Positions 25,417 to 36,765 of a stretch of 64,000 nucleotides of DNA are shown here, in pieces. This stretch comes from Malacoraja senta (lineage: Eukaryota): assembly GCA_038087875.1 (NCBI GenBank), contig CM075997.1, positions 7,256,001-7,320,000 on the forward strand, in the 5' to 3' direction. Under the pieces are notes generated by a model. That model was not told the origin of the DNA, ran no database searches, and was given only the letters and a program-made list of their open reading frames with translations. The position numbers and the translations under genes are program-made. Positions within the stretch are counted from its first letter, which is position 1; every line of letters starts with the position of its first letter.

Positions 25417-27007
25417 TTTTTAATTTCAATTTTAAAAACTTTATTGGCATGATAAAATGCATCGTTATATTGCCAAAGTATAAAACATAACATCCATGTT
25501 TAAAATGCATAAATATAAATACAAGTATACAGTGCATGGGTAGATATGCCCCTGTACATATATATATACTCTCTCTCTGTCTCTCTGTCTCTCTCTCTGT
25601 CTCTCTCTGTCTCTCCCTCTCTCCCACTCTCCCTCTCTCCCTCCCTCTCTCTTCCTCTGCAGTTCATCTGCTGACTTTGCAGGGAAGTGACAAGAGAACT
25701 GTGGTGGAAATTCTCCTCAGTTAAGCTCGCTGTGTTTGAGCATAAAGACTCGGGCTCCCTCAGACTATCTGTGCTGCGAGCTTATCTAATACACGTCAAA
25801 GCTGAGTGTTTATGGTGGCAGTTTATGAAATATTAGGTACCAGGCCAGCCCCTGTTGCAACAGGCACCCGTGAACGCATCCATCAAAACCTTGCGTAGGC
25901 GGCAAGGAACAGCTCTGGGAAGAAGGACGGCATCTTAATGAAGGCAAAACTATTATTTAAAGACATGAGACAAAATTGGGAATTGGAAGCAAACTGCGCG
26001 CTGACAAACTGGTAATATGCAGCACAGCCACTGTATTACACGTCACGGGTGCTTGTAAACAGATATGACAAATAATGGCTGCAAATAGAACATAGGAACA
26101 TACAGGTAGACACAAAAAGCTGGAGTAACTCAGCGGGTCAGGCAGCAACTCTGGAGAGAAGGAATAGGTGACATTTCGGGTCGAGACCCTTCTTCAGTCA
26201 CCCACTCCTTCTCTCCAGAGTTGTTGCCTGACCCGCTGAGTTACTCCAGCTTTTGGTGCGCATCTTTGGTTTAAACCAGCATCTGCAGTTCCTCCCTACA
26301 CATGGGAGTAGGCAATAGGTGCAGGAGTAGGCCATTTGACCCTTCGAGCCAGCACCGCCATTCAATGTGATCATGGCTGATCATCCCAATCAGTACCCCG
26401 TTCCTGCCTTCTCCCCATATCCCCTGACTCCGCTATCTTTAAGAGCCCTATCTAGCTCTCTCTTGAAAGTATCCAGAGAACCGGCCTCTGAGGCAGAGAA
26501 TTCCACAGACTCACAACTCTCTGTGAGAAAACGTGTTTCCTCGTCTCCGTTCTAAATGGCTCACTCCTTATTCTTAAACTGAAAATACAGCACAGGATAT
26601 GGCCGTTCAGCCCACAATGTCTGTGCCGAACATGATGCCAAACTAAACTCATCTCATGTGCCAGCTTCCAATCCATATAAAGGGCTATCTATCTAATCTA
26701 ATATCCTTCCATTCCCTGCATATCCATGTGCTGATCTAAAAGCTTCTTAAAGGCCACTGTTGTATCTGCCTCCACCACCACCCCCAGTAGCACGTTCCAG
26801 GCACCCACCACCCTCTGTATAAAATACTTTCCCCGCACATCTCCTGTCAACTTTGTCCCTCTCACCTTTAAGCTGTGCTGTCTGGCCAAAACTGAGAAGC
26901 CGGATAAGCAAAAAACTGGTCAAAAGAAAGAAACTAAAAATCTAGAAAAAAAGCAGGATGTCGGGCAGCGTTCATGAGGAGAGAAACAGGGTTATGTTTC
27001 AGGTTTT

Positions 27008-27352
27008 TATTTTAGTATAGAGATACAGCGCGGAAACAGGCCCTTTCGGCCCACTGAGTCCACACCGACCAGAGATCCCCACACACTAACACTATCCTAC
27101 ACACACTAGGGACAATTTACATTTACACCAAGCCAATTAACCTACAAACCTGCACGTCTTTGGAGTGTGGGAGGAAAGCGAAGATCTCGGAGAAAACCCA
27201 CGCAGGTCACGGGGAGAAAAGTACACACTCAGTACAGACAGCACCCGTAGGGCCGAATGGCCTCCTCCTGCACCTATTTTCTATGTAGTCGGGTTCGAAC
27301 CCAGGTCTCTGGCGCTGTAAGGCAGGAACTCTACCGCTGCGTCGCCGTGCCG
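27008..27352 (-). mobile_element. V-SINE with a short CR1 3' tail insert
   Basis: Reverse-complement SINE; insert of about 35 bp near 27251-27284. Confidence 0.8.
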
Positions 27353-27758
27353 ACCATCATGACCTTATGTTGAAATCCTAACTATTTCTACTCCACAGAT
27401 GCTTCCAGACCTTCGAGCATGTGTGTTTTTTTAATGGAGAACCACATCATCTCAAAAAAAAAGTCTGCTTAAGAAATACCAGAAAAACAGTGCCTTGGAT
27501 AATTCTCTGGGCTGAGTCTTGTTTTGCTTAAGCATGTTTTTTCTTTAAATATGGCAAATGCGAGTCCCACAAATTCCCTGATGGGGTGTAAAAAATGGGT
27601 CAATGGAGCCTCAGTGGGCTGCAGGGCCTGACATTGACACGATGGGCTGAATGGACTCGGTGGGCTGAAAACGGCCTGTTTCCATGCTCTATCTTTCACT
27701 CAAAGGTGGCACGGTGGCGCAGTGGTAGAGTTGCTGCCTTAAGGGCCAGTCCCGCTTT

Positions 27759-29053
27759 TATTACCTATAGTCAATAACCCTTCGTTTAATCCTTCTATTA
27801 TAGATAAAGCTTATACACAATGGGATAGATTAGGAATTAAAACGCTTGGTGACTTGTATGAAACTGGAAAATTACTTTCATTTCAACAATTACAAATAAA
27901 ATATAAACTCGGAAATAATCAACTTTTTAAATACTTTCAAATATGCGACTATTTGAAAAAATATACAAAAGATCATCATAATAACCCAGTAGATGTACTG
28001 GACGAGGCAATGCAGATAAAAGCGGAATCAGCAAACTTAATATCATATTTGTATAATATTATCTTAAATGCACAAATACCATCTGCGGAGGGTATCAGAA
28101 GAGACTGGGAACAAGAGTTAGCTATTAAAATTTCAAAGGAAAGTTGGAATGAATACTTATTAAACGTGCATAAATGCTCGATGAATGTAAGACACACTTT
28201 AATACAATTTAAAATTTTACATAGATTATATTATTCGAAAACTAAAATTCATAAAATTTTCCCAAATGTATCATCTATTTGTGATAAATGTCAATCCCAA
28301 GAAGCTACTATAGCGCACTCATTCGTTTCTTGTACAAAAATTCAAAAATTTTGGAATGAAATTTTTGAAATCTTTACAAAGTTATTTAAAACAAGACTGA
28401 TACCCAAAGCAGAATGGATTATCTTCGGTATAACGGAAGATGGTCCAGATCTAAATGTGTTTCAAAAGAAACTAATGGACTATGGGTTAATAACTGGAAA
28501 AAAGCTAATTCTAAAATTTTGGAAGAAGGCTCCAATACCAACTATAAATATGTGGATTTCAAATATGTTTGAAACATTACACCTAGAAGAGATAAGACTC
28601 CTCCTAGCAGGTAAACCAGATCACTTCCACCTGACGTGGTCTGCATTTATAGAATTATTACAAACATAGGGTGCAAAAGTACTTAAAAAAAAAAAAAAAA
28701 AATTGAGGTCAGGTAAGGGGGGATGATAGTTGAAGAGTTGGTATGTCCCATTTACGTAATGCTCATAAAAATATTTGTTTCTCTCTTTTTCCTCTTTCTC
28801 TCTTTCTTTCTTTCCTAGGGTCTATTTCTTAACTCTTTTTCTTTTGTTTTTAATTTTGCTCTTATAGGGTCTTCGTCCTTTTTTGTTGTCACATTTCCTA
28901 CACTTTCACTTTTTCCTTCACTTTCTTCTTTCTTTCAATCTTTTCCTTTTCTAGTGTAAAAAATAAATGGAGTACATTAATTGTAAGAAGATATAAATGA
29001 CGAGTACTAATGTATGTGGTTGTAATGTAATGTACTTCTAATAAAATACAAAT
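27759..29053 (+). mobile_element. L1-clade LINE, 5'-truncated, young
   Basis: Uninterrupted AT-rich frame to the stop at 28669 with CDKC...HSFVSC zinc finger, T-rich 3' UTR, AATAAA, 20-bp TSD. Confidence 0.85.
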
Positions 29054-29056
29054 TTA

Positions 29057-29295
29057 AGGGCCTGTCCCGCTTTCACGACCTAATTCACGACCTCTGCCGA
29101 GTTTGCCCTTGACTCATACTCGCAGCATGGTCGTCACGAGGTCGTAAGTAGGTCGTAGGAAGGTCGTAGCAGGCCGTGATGCTAGTCGTAGGTACTCGTG
29201 GCATCAAGTAGGTCGGGGCGTTTTTTCTAGCCTGATGAAAAATGTCCATGAGTAAAAAAGGTTGTGATTTAGGTTGTGAAAGTGGGACAGGGGCT
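29057..29295. mobile_element. PIF/Harbinger-type MITE, family A (short)
   Basis: TIRs, TTA flanks; lies in a SINE running 27705 to about 29490. Confidence 0.87.
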
Positions 29296-29566
29296 TTACA
29301 GAGCTTAAAGCACCAGAGAACATGGGTTCGATCCCGACTGCGCGTGCTGTCTGTTGGTTAATTGGCTTCTGTAAATAGTAAATTGTCCCTGATGAGTAGG
29401 ATAGGGCCTAGTGTATGAGGTGATCGCTGAACAGTGCGGAGTTGGTGAGCCCAAAGGGCCTGTTTCCGTGCTGTATCACTTAAATCTACTCATAGACAAT
29501 AGCCAATACAATACAATACAATACAATACGGTTTTATTCGTCACATTGAAAGTGAAGTGAAGTGAA

Positions 29567-29898
29567 AATAGACAATAGACAATAGGTGCAGGAGTAGGCC
29601 ATTCGGCCCTTCGAGCCAGCACCGCCATTCAATGTGATCATGGCTGATCATCCCCAATCAGTACCCCGTTCCTGCCTTCTCCCCATATCCCCTGACTCCG
29701 CTATTTTTAAGAGCCCTATCTATCTCTCTCGTGAAAGCATCCAGAGAACCGGCCTCCACCACCCTCTGAGGCAGAGAATTCCACAGATTCACCATTCTCT
29801 GTGTGAAAATGTGTTTCCTCATCTCCGTTCTAAATGGCTTACCCCTTATTCTTAAACTGTGGCCCCTGGTTCTGGACTCCCCCAACATCGGGAACATG
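29567..29898 (-). mobile_element. CR1/HER1-like LINE 3' fragment
   Basis: ORF2 C-terminus and repeat tail. Confidence 0.85.
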
Positions 29899-30191
29899 TC
29901 CTATAGATATATGTATCTCTCAATCTACTGTATCTACTTTAATCACTGGTTATGTTTGGATAAAACCAAGGTTCTGCAGATACATCACTACAAGGACTAA
30001 TTTTAGAGAGATGGTAGAAAAATGATGTCAAGCCACAGATTCTGCATTGTGTGTAGGAGTTGGACTTTTAACGATTTACCTATTGTTAAAGTGGAGTTAT
30101 GTGCTTCTAAAGACGCCTGCAAACTGCCTACAGTGGATTTTGTTCACGATTTCTTATACAGTATACAGAGGAAGAAAGAAAAATGCAGTAA

Positions 30192-30903
30192 TTTAGTTTA
30201 GTTTAGAGATACAGCATGGAAACAGGCCCTTCGGCCCACCGAGTCCGCGCCGACCAGCGATCCCCGCACACAAACACTATCTATCCTATACACACTCTGG
30301 ACAATTTACACATACACCGAGCCAATTAACCTACAAACCTGTTTGTCTTTGGAGTGTGCGAGGAAATCGAAGATCTCAGAGAAAACCCACGCGGGTCACG
30401 GGGAGAACGTACAAACTCTGACAGACAGCACCCGTAGTCAGGATTTAACCCGGGTCTCTGGCGCAGCAAGCGCAGCACCTGTCCCACTTAGGAGACCTAA
30501 ACAGCAACCTCTGGTGACCTTGCCCGCCACCCAAAAAAAAAATCAAGGTCGAGGTGACCTGCAACCTCCTACCACCTCCCATGCATATGTTGAAAACCTT
30601 CCTCGACTATGAAGAAAACCGGCTTCGACTAGACCTGCGACTAAAAAATGATCGATTTGTAAAACGGCAACCTATTTTTAGTCGAGGCCGGTTTTAATCA
30701 TGATGAAAAAATAGCAGCAACCTAGATGAAGCCTCGACCACGCGGAAACCACTTTCGACCATTAGGGAGAGTGACCAAAACCTCCGGTGACCTCATGGAA
30801 ACCTTGGGTGGCGGGCAAGGTCACCAGAGGTTGCTGTTTAGGTCTCCTAAGTGGGACAGGGGCTTAAGGCAGCGACTATACCGCTTCACCGCCGTGCTGC
30901 CAC
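30192..30903 (-). mobile_element. V-SINE with nested MITE
   Basis: The SINE resumes at TAAGGCAGC after 30864. Confidence 0.8.
30474..30864. mobile_element. PIF/Harbinger-type MITE, family E (long inverted arms)
   Basis: Inverted arms of about 56 bp starting CCTGTCCCACTTAGGAGACC; right TSD TAA, left TSD deleted. Confidence 0.8.
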
Positions 30904-31189
30904 CGTATATAATCTCCTGCAGACAATACATAGACAAAGCCATTCTCTGGGTATCTCGGGGTAGCTCTCCATTTATTTTGGTGACCCCCCCCCCCCCACC
31001 AAAACTTCTCCTTTGAAAATTGCTGTTCATTTCTCCATTACATGCAGTCCTGGTCGCCACTTTACAATTGCATGTAGGTTGGCACAATCCACAGCGGTAG
31101 AGTTGCTGCCTTGCAGCGGCTGAGATCCCGGTTCGATCCTACCAACAGGTGCTGTCAGTGTGGAGTTTCAGATCATAAGATCATATGTA

Positions 31190-31626
31190 ATAGGAGCAGA
31201 TTCAAGTCCACTCTGCAATTCAATCATGGCTGATCTATCCCTCCCTCTCAACCCCATTCTCCTGCCTCCTCCCCATAACCTCTGACACCCGTACTAATCA
31301 AGAATCTATCTATCTCTGCTTTAAATATATCCACTGACTTGGCCTCCACAGCCTTCTGTGGCAAAGAATTCCACAGATTCACCACCCACCGACTAATGAA
31401 ATTCCTCCTCGTCTCCTTCCAAAATGAACGTCATTTAATTCTGAGGCTATGACCTCTAGTCCTAGACTCTCCCACTAGTGGAAACATCCTCCCCACATCC
31501 ACTCTATCCAAGCATTTCACTATTCTGTATGTGTCAATGAGGTCCCCCCTCATTCTACTAAACTCCAGTGAGTACAGGCCCAGTGCCGACAAACGCTCAT
31601 CATAGGTTAACCCACTCATTCCTGGG
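31190..31626 (-). mobile_element. CR1-like LINE 3' fragment
   Basis: GMSGLTYDERL...TRGHSLRIK plus 3' UTR. Confidence 0.8.
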
Positions 31627-31933
31627 ATGGGTATGGTTTATTGATTAGTACGGGTGTCAGGGGTTATGGAGAGAAGGCAGGAGAATGGGGTTGAGAGGGA
31701 AAGGTAAATCAGTCATGAGTGGGCCGAAGGGCCTGTACCCGCGCTGTATCTCTAAACTAAACTTAAACTAACTGTATAAATTGTTTCACTCTCTCCTGAA
31801 CTTCCTTTGGTGACCTGCACGGTTGGACTGTAGCTGGAAGAATGTTGGCCATGTTGGTATTCCACTTGTTGCTGCTGTCAGTACTAAAGTGACTCAAATA
31901 CTCAGACGTCTGTTTGTCTTCTCCCTACTCCAG

Positions 31934-32037
31934 GAAGGCAATCCAGGTGAAAATCGTGGACGATGAGGAGTATGAAAAGCAGGAGAACTTCTTTGTCGTC
32001 CTGGAGAAGCCAAGATGGATGAAACGTGGAATTTCAG
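31934..32037 (+). CDS. SLC8A2: SLC8A exon, 104 nt, CBD2 (B-type by length and sequence)
   Basis: ctccag|G AAG GCA...TCA G|gttcgt; encodes KAIQVKIVDDEEYEKQENFFVVLEKPRWMKRGIS. Confidence 0.93.
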
Positions 32038-32091
32038 GTTCGTGCAGAACTCAAGTCAAGAGTGTTTTATGGTCTTATGGCGGGCAAATAA

Positions 32092-32622
32092 AGGGCCTGT
32101 CCCACTTGGGCGACCTAATCCGCGAGTTCTGGCGAGTTTGCCCTCGACTCATACTTGCAGCATGGACGACACGAGGTCCTAGGAGGTCTTTGTAACTCTC
32201 CTTCATGCTCGAGAGTAGTCCCTGCGTACTCGAGGCCTCAGCTAGGTAGCTGCGTATTTTTCAACATGCTGAAAAATGCCTGTGAGTAAAAAAAGGTCGC
32301 CATAGAAAAAAATCAATATTTTTTTTACTCGTAGATTTAGTCAAAGTAGGTTGTGGTAGGTCGGCATGTTAGTCGTAGGTAATCGAGGGTAGTTGAAGGT
32401 AGTTGTAGATAGTCTTCATCATAGTCAAAGAGAGGTCGAAGGAGATCGAAGGAGGCTGTCTTCATTCTCCACTATTCGGTGTCCAATTTTCCTGAAGTTA
32501 GTCGTAGCTAGTTGAAGCTAGTCTTCAACATAGTCAAAGGAGGTCTTCAACATGACATTTTTTCAAACTCTCCTAAACTCTTCTAAACTTGCCAGTAAGG
32601 TTGCCGCAGTGGGACAGCCCCT
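32092..32622. mobile_element. PIF/Harbinger-type MITE, family A (long)
   Basis: TIRs, TSD TAA/TAA. Confidence 0.85.
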
Positions 32623-32742
32623 TAAGCAAGCCACACGTGGTGAATCAAAGAGATCTTTATTGTCAAAGCAAAGAGAACAACACACATGCGAATGGGGGAA
32701 AGTTGACCCGGGATCATTATTTATACTAGGGCACCCCCCTAT

Positions 32743-33418
32743 TGTAGTGTCTGTGTAAGACTGTCCTTACAGTCACCACAAGGTGGCTCTGCCCCTATAT
32801 GTATGTTTTCCTCGGAATCAGTCACGCAGCCATCTTGGCTTGAATAAACCCACTTAAGGGCCTGTCCCACCAGCATGCGACTGCATGCGTCTAGCGCGAC
32901 TTAACGTGGTCGCTTGAGCCGTACGGCCTCGCGGGGCCGGTCCCACTTCGATCGCCGGAGCCGTATGGAGTTGTGCGGGGCTGGTTCCGACATCGGGCGG
33001 GGCTCCGAAAAACTGACATGGTCCAAACATCCTGCGCGGCAACGGCCTGTCGGCCCGCAGCCGCCTCGAGGCCGTGCGCAGCGTCTCGACGCCGTACGCA
33101 GCGTCTTGACGGCGTACGCCTAGCGCGTGGCGTTGCGCGATGACGTCACCACCCGGCGTGCCGTTGCGTGATGACGTGACCGCCCGACGCCGTGCGACGT
33201 CCAAATTCAGTCGGCCCGCCTCCTGCCCAGCTGATTGGTGAGTATGATGTTGGGACCAGCCCCGCACAACTCCAGACGGCTCCGCGGTTGGATGTGGAAC
33301 CGGTCCCGCGAGGCCGTACGCCTCAAGCCACCACGTTTGGTCGCGCTAGACGCATGCTGGTGGGACAGGCCCTTTACTGACACGGTACAACATGAGTTCT
33401 TATCCGTCAAACACAACA
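32743..33418 (+). mobile_element. Solo LTR (inner, 156 bp once the nested MITE is removed)
   Basis: TGTAGTGT...ACACAACA termini, exact 5-bp TSD CCTAT, TATAT and AATAAA inside. Confidence 0.75.
32857..33373. mobile_element. PIF/Harbinger-type MITE, family G (CpG-rich, long inverted arms)
   Basis: TIRs, TSD TTA/TTA; arms pair over more than 100 bp. Confidence 0.85.
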
Positions 33419-33604
33419 CCTATACCTCGTGACAACTCCTTCCTGCCATTACCCAGTCACATGATCCTACCCCCGACTGCCGAGCGTTCGCACAGTAAGT
33501 GGCCTAACCACCGGGTGGCGCCACAGTCAAATGTCCCAGATAGAACAATTAAAATCTTATTCACAGCGGCGCACCAGAATATGTAAACACAGTAACAAAG
33601 TAAC

Positions 33605-33856
33605 GCCCAGATCGAAAAGGAATTACTTACCGTGGTTTTAGCCTGCACCAAATTCAAGGACTTTATTTTTGGCAAGTCTGCGACGGTTGAAAGAGTCACC
33701 ATTCTAAACCAACCCGTCCCGCGCGCGTACGGTGCAGATCCGCGTCTCCCTCCGATTGGAGGCGTGGGTTCGAATCCCACTTCTGTACCGTACGCGCGCG
33801 GGACGGGTTTGTTCAGAATGGTGGGTGACCAATGGTTGGTGGTCTGTTTCAACTGC
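33605..33856. mobile_element. Ty3/Gypsy RNase H fragment arranged as a fold-back
   Basis: Plus strand AQIEKELLTVVLACTKFKDFIFGKSATVE; minus strand VETDHQPLVT..ILNKP. Confidence 0.8.
33744..33785 (+). pseudogene. 3' half of tRNA-Leu (variable arm, T arm, part of the acceptor strand)
   Basis: GTCTCC...TGGAGGCGTGGGTTCGAATCCCACTTCTG matches vertebrate tRNA-Leu(CAA) as recalled; no D or anticodon arm. Confidence 0.75.
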
Positions 33857-34029
33857 CTGTCAAATCACCTTCATTTCAGTATGATTACGTTTTCTTACAA
33901 AATGCAAAGAAAAATGTGGTCATGCAAAGGTGAGATGCCAGATCGGATACTGCTTATTTCATGCTGTGGTATAAATATATTTTCAGCTGCCATTTCATAA
34001 TATCTCATTTTTTTTCTCTTTCCCCACAG

Positions 34030-34050
34030 CTCTCCTGCTGACTGACGATG
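34030..34050 (+). CDS. SLC8A2: SLC8A 21-nt microexon (exon C type)
   Basis: Long pyrimidine tract, then cacag|CTCTCCTGCTGACTGACGATG|gtaag; phase 1/1; gives ALLLTDD, matching the NCX ALLL cassette. Confidence 0.88.
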
Positions 34051-34264
34051 GTAAGCTCTCATTTTTTACTGTTTTATTCCATCCACTGTGGGCAACTGTG
34101 TTCATCTTGTGGTGGCCTCTCCGACAGTGTGCGTTGAGGATGCACCAAGCATGCAGAGTTTGGTTTAGATAGGCACAAAAAAGCTGGAGTAACTCAGCGG
34201 GTCAGACAGCATCTGTGGAAAAAAGGAATAGGTGACGTTTTCGGTCGAGACGCTTCTTCAGACT

Positions 34265-34580
34265 TTACTTTAGTAGAGTTTAGAGACACAGTGCGGAAAC
34301 AGGGCCTTCGGCCCACCGAGTCCGCGCCGACCAGCGATCTCCCCGTACACTGGCACTATCCTACACCCACTAGGGACAATTTACAATCTTTACCGAAGCC
34401 AATTAATCAACGAACCTCTACGTCTTTGGAGTGTGGGAAGAAACCGGGGCACCCGGAGAAACCCCACTCAGTCACGGGGAGAACGTGCAAACTCCGTACA
34501 GACACCACCCCTAGACAGGATCGAACCCAAGTCTCTGGCGCTGTGAGGCAGCAACTCTACCGCTGCGCCACCGTGCCACC
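34265..34580 (-). mobile_element. V-SINE, full length
   Basis: Reverse-complement head, V-domain and tail. Confidence 0.85.
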
Positions 34581-34897
34581 CTTTGTTATTGTTTTAAATG
34601 ATCATTTTATTTTATTTATTTATTAAATCGATGAAAACATTAGCGACGCAGTGGTGCTGGTTTCCGACGGGCAGTATGATCAACATCGCCCAAGTCTTGA
34701 GGGACCAGCCTATCTTAACATTTATCAGAAAAAGACATAAGGTTTTTGCATTATTCTGTGTCTCAATTGAATAAAATGGCCTATTGTCTAATGCCCCTGA
34801 TTGATGAGATTCTAATTAATTAAAACTGCCAAGTTAATGTGTTTCTAGTGCTCCTACTTTTTAGTGAATACGGTTTGTTGTTTGTCTGAGAGACTAA

Positions 34898-35225
34898 AGG
34901 GCCTGTCCCACTTACGAGATTTTTTCGGCGACTGCCTGCACCCGTCATAGTCGCAGTAGGTTGTGGAATATTTTCAACATGTTGAAAATCCAGCGGCGAC
35001 CAGAACAAGGTACGACTCTTTGGGCGACTACTCACGACCAAACAGGCGTCACCCCGCGACATGTCGACACGTGACGCCTGTATGGTCGTGAGTAGTCGCC
35101 CAAAGAGTCGTACCTTGTTCTGGTCGCCGCTGGATTTTCAACATGTGGAACATTTTCGGCCACCTGATGCGACTATGACGGGTGCAGGCAGTCGCCGAAC
35201 AAATCGTGTAAGTGGGACAGGCCCT
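34898..35225. mobile_element. PIF/Harbinger-type MITE, family F (whole-element palindrome)
   Basis: TIRs; symmetry centre CGACATGTCG near 35061; flanks TAA and TTA. Confidence 0.87.
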
Positions 35226-35509
35226 TTAGATAGCTTAAAAATCGATTTGCTCAATGTTTTCCTGACAACAATGAATGATGTCTTTGAAACTTGAGTCACG
35301 GGTCGAGAGAGTTTAATGATCACATGAGCCGGAACTGGAACAATGACGTTCTAACTTGCTGCAAAGTTACAGCCACGTTAAAGCAACAACACAAAACATA
35401 AATAGACAGTAATACTATAAATGAGCAGTTTAAGGGTCTCGACCCGAAACGTCACCCATTCCTTCTCTCCAGAGATGCTGCCTGTCCCGCTGAGTTACCC
35501 CAGCTTTTT

Positions 35510-36133
35510 TAGGTTTAGTTCAGAGATACAAAGCGGAAACAGGCTCTTCGGCCCACCAAGTCCGCGCCAACCACCAATCATCCCGTACACTAACACTATC
35601 CTACACACTGGGGACAATTTACAGTTTTTAACAAAGCTCATTAACCTCCAAACCTGTACGTCTTTTGGAGTGTGGGAGGAAACCAGATCATCCGGGGGAA
35701 ACCCGCACATGCACGGGGAGAACGTACAAACTCCGTACAGACAGCACCTGTAGTCAGGATTGAACCCGGGTCTCTGGCGCTGTGAGGCAGCAACTCTACT
35801 GCTGCGCCACTGTGCCATATAGGTAATCAGACCATAATAGTGCAAACCAAAGTACCTCGCGAAACCTACAGCGAATGGACCCAGGTTCGATCCCGACTAC
35901 GGGTGCTGTCTGTACGGAGTGTATACGTTCTTCCCGTGTCCTGTGTGGGTTTTCTCCGAGATCTTCGGTTTCCTCCCACACTCCAAAGACGTACAGGTTT
36001 GTAGGTTATTTGGCTTGGTGAATGCATACACCCTAGTTTTTGTGGGATAGTGTTAATGTGCGGGGGTCGCTGGTCGGTGCGGACTTGCTGGGCCGAAGAG
36101 CCTGTTTCCGTGCTGTACATCTAAAATAAAACT
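35510..36133. mobile_element. Head-to-head pair of V-SINEs
   Basis: Minus copy about 35510-35817, plus copy about 35878-36133. Confidence 0.8.
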
Positions 36134-36293
36134 ATACAAAGACCATAGTAGAAACAAGGAATTGCAGCTCTGGGTTTACAGAAAAGGGCACAAAGTATTA
36201 GGGGGGCAGGGTGGCACAGTCCTGATCATTCCATCCCAAAACATGACTCTATCGTTTCGATGGAGAACCACTCAACATCCTTTAGAATCATTG

Positions 36294-36765
36294 AAACATA
36301 GAAAATAGGTGCAGGAGAAGGCCATCCGGCCCTGCGAGTTCGAATTGGCCTCCGCATCCTTCTGTGGCAGAGAATTCCACCGATTCACAACTCTCTGGGT
36401 GAAGACGTTTTTCCTCATCTCAGTCCTAAACGGCCTACCCCTTCTTCGTAAACCGTGACCCCCTGGTTCTGGACTCCCCCAACATCGGGAACATTTTTCC
36501 TGCATCTCGCCTGTCCAATCCCTTAAGAATTGTGTATGATTCTATATGATATCCTCTCATCCTTCCAGTGAATACAAGCCCATTCTTTCATCACATGTCA
36601 GTCCCCAGAATCCCGGGAATTAACCCAGTGAACCTACGCTGCACTCCCTCAATAGCAAGAATGTCCTTCCTCAAATTAGGAGACCAAAACTGCACACAAT
36701 ACTCCTGGTGTGGTCTAACCAGGGCTCTGTACAACTGCAGTAGGACCTCCTTGCTCCCATACTCT
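36294..36765 (-). mobile_element. CR1/HER1-like LINE fragment, internally deleted
   Basis: ORF2 C-terminal motifs and tail. Confidence 0.75.

Larger units (their letters stand above)
32076..33525 (-). mobile_element. Solo LTR (outer) carrying nested insertions
   Basis: Termini T(A)TGGCG...CGCCACA, 4-bp TSD GTCT/GTCA, minus-strand TATAAA and AATAAA; splits a LINE-tail repeat. Confidence 0.6.

Noticed and set aside
32063..33597. A longer LTR running from TGTTTTAT to GTAACA
   Set aside because: No TSD; both ends are better explained as halves of a split LINE-tail repeat around the LTR at 32076-33525.
33744..33785. Functional tRNA-Leu gene
   Set aside because: Only the 3' half is present; there is no D arm or anticodon arm.
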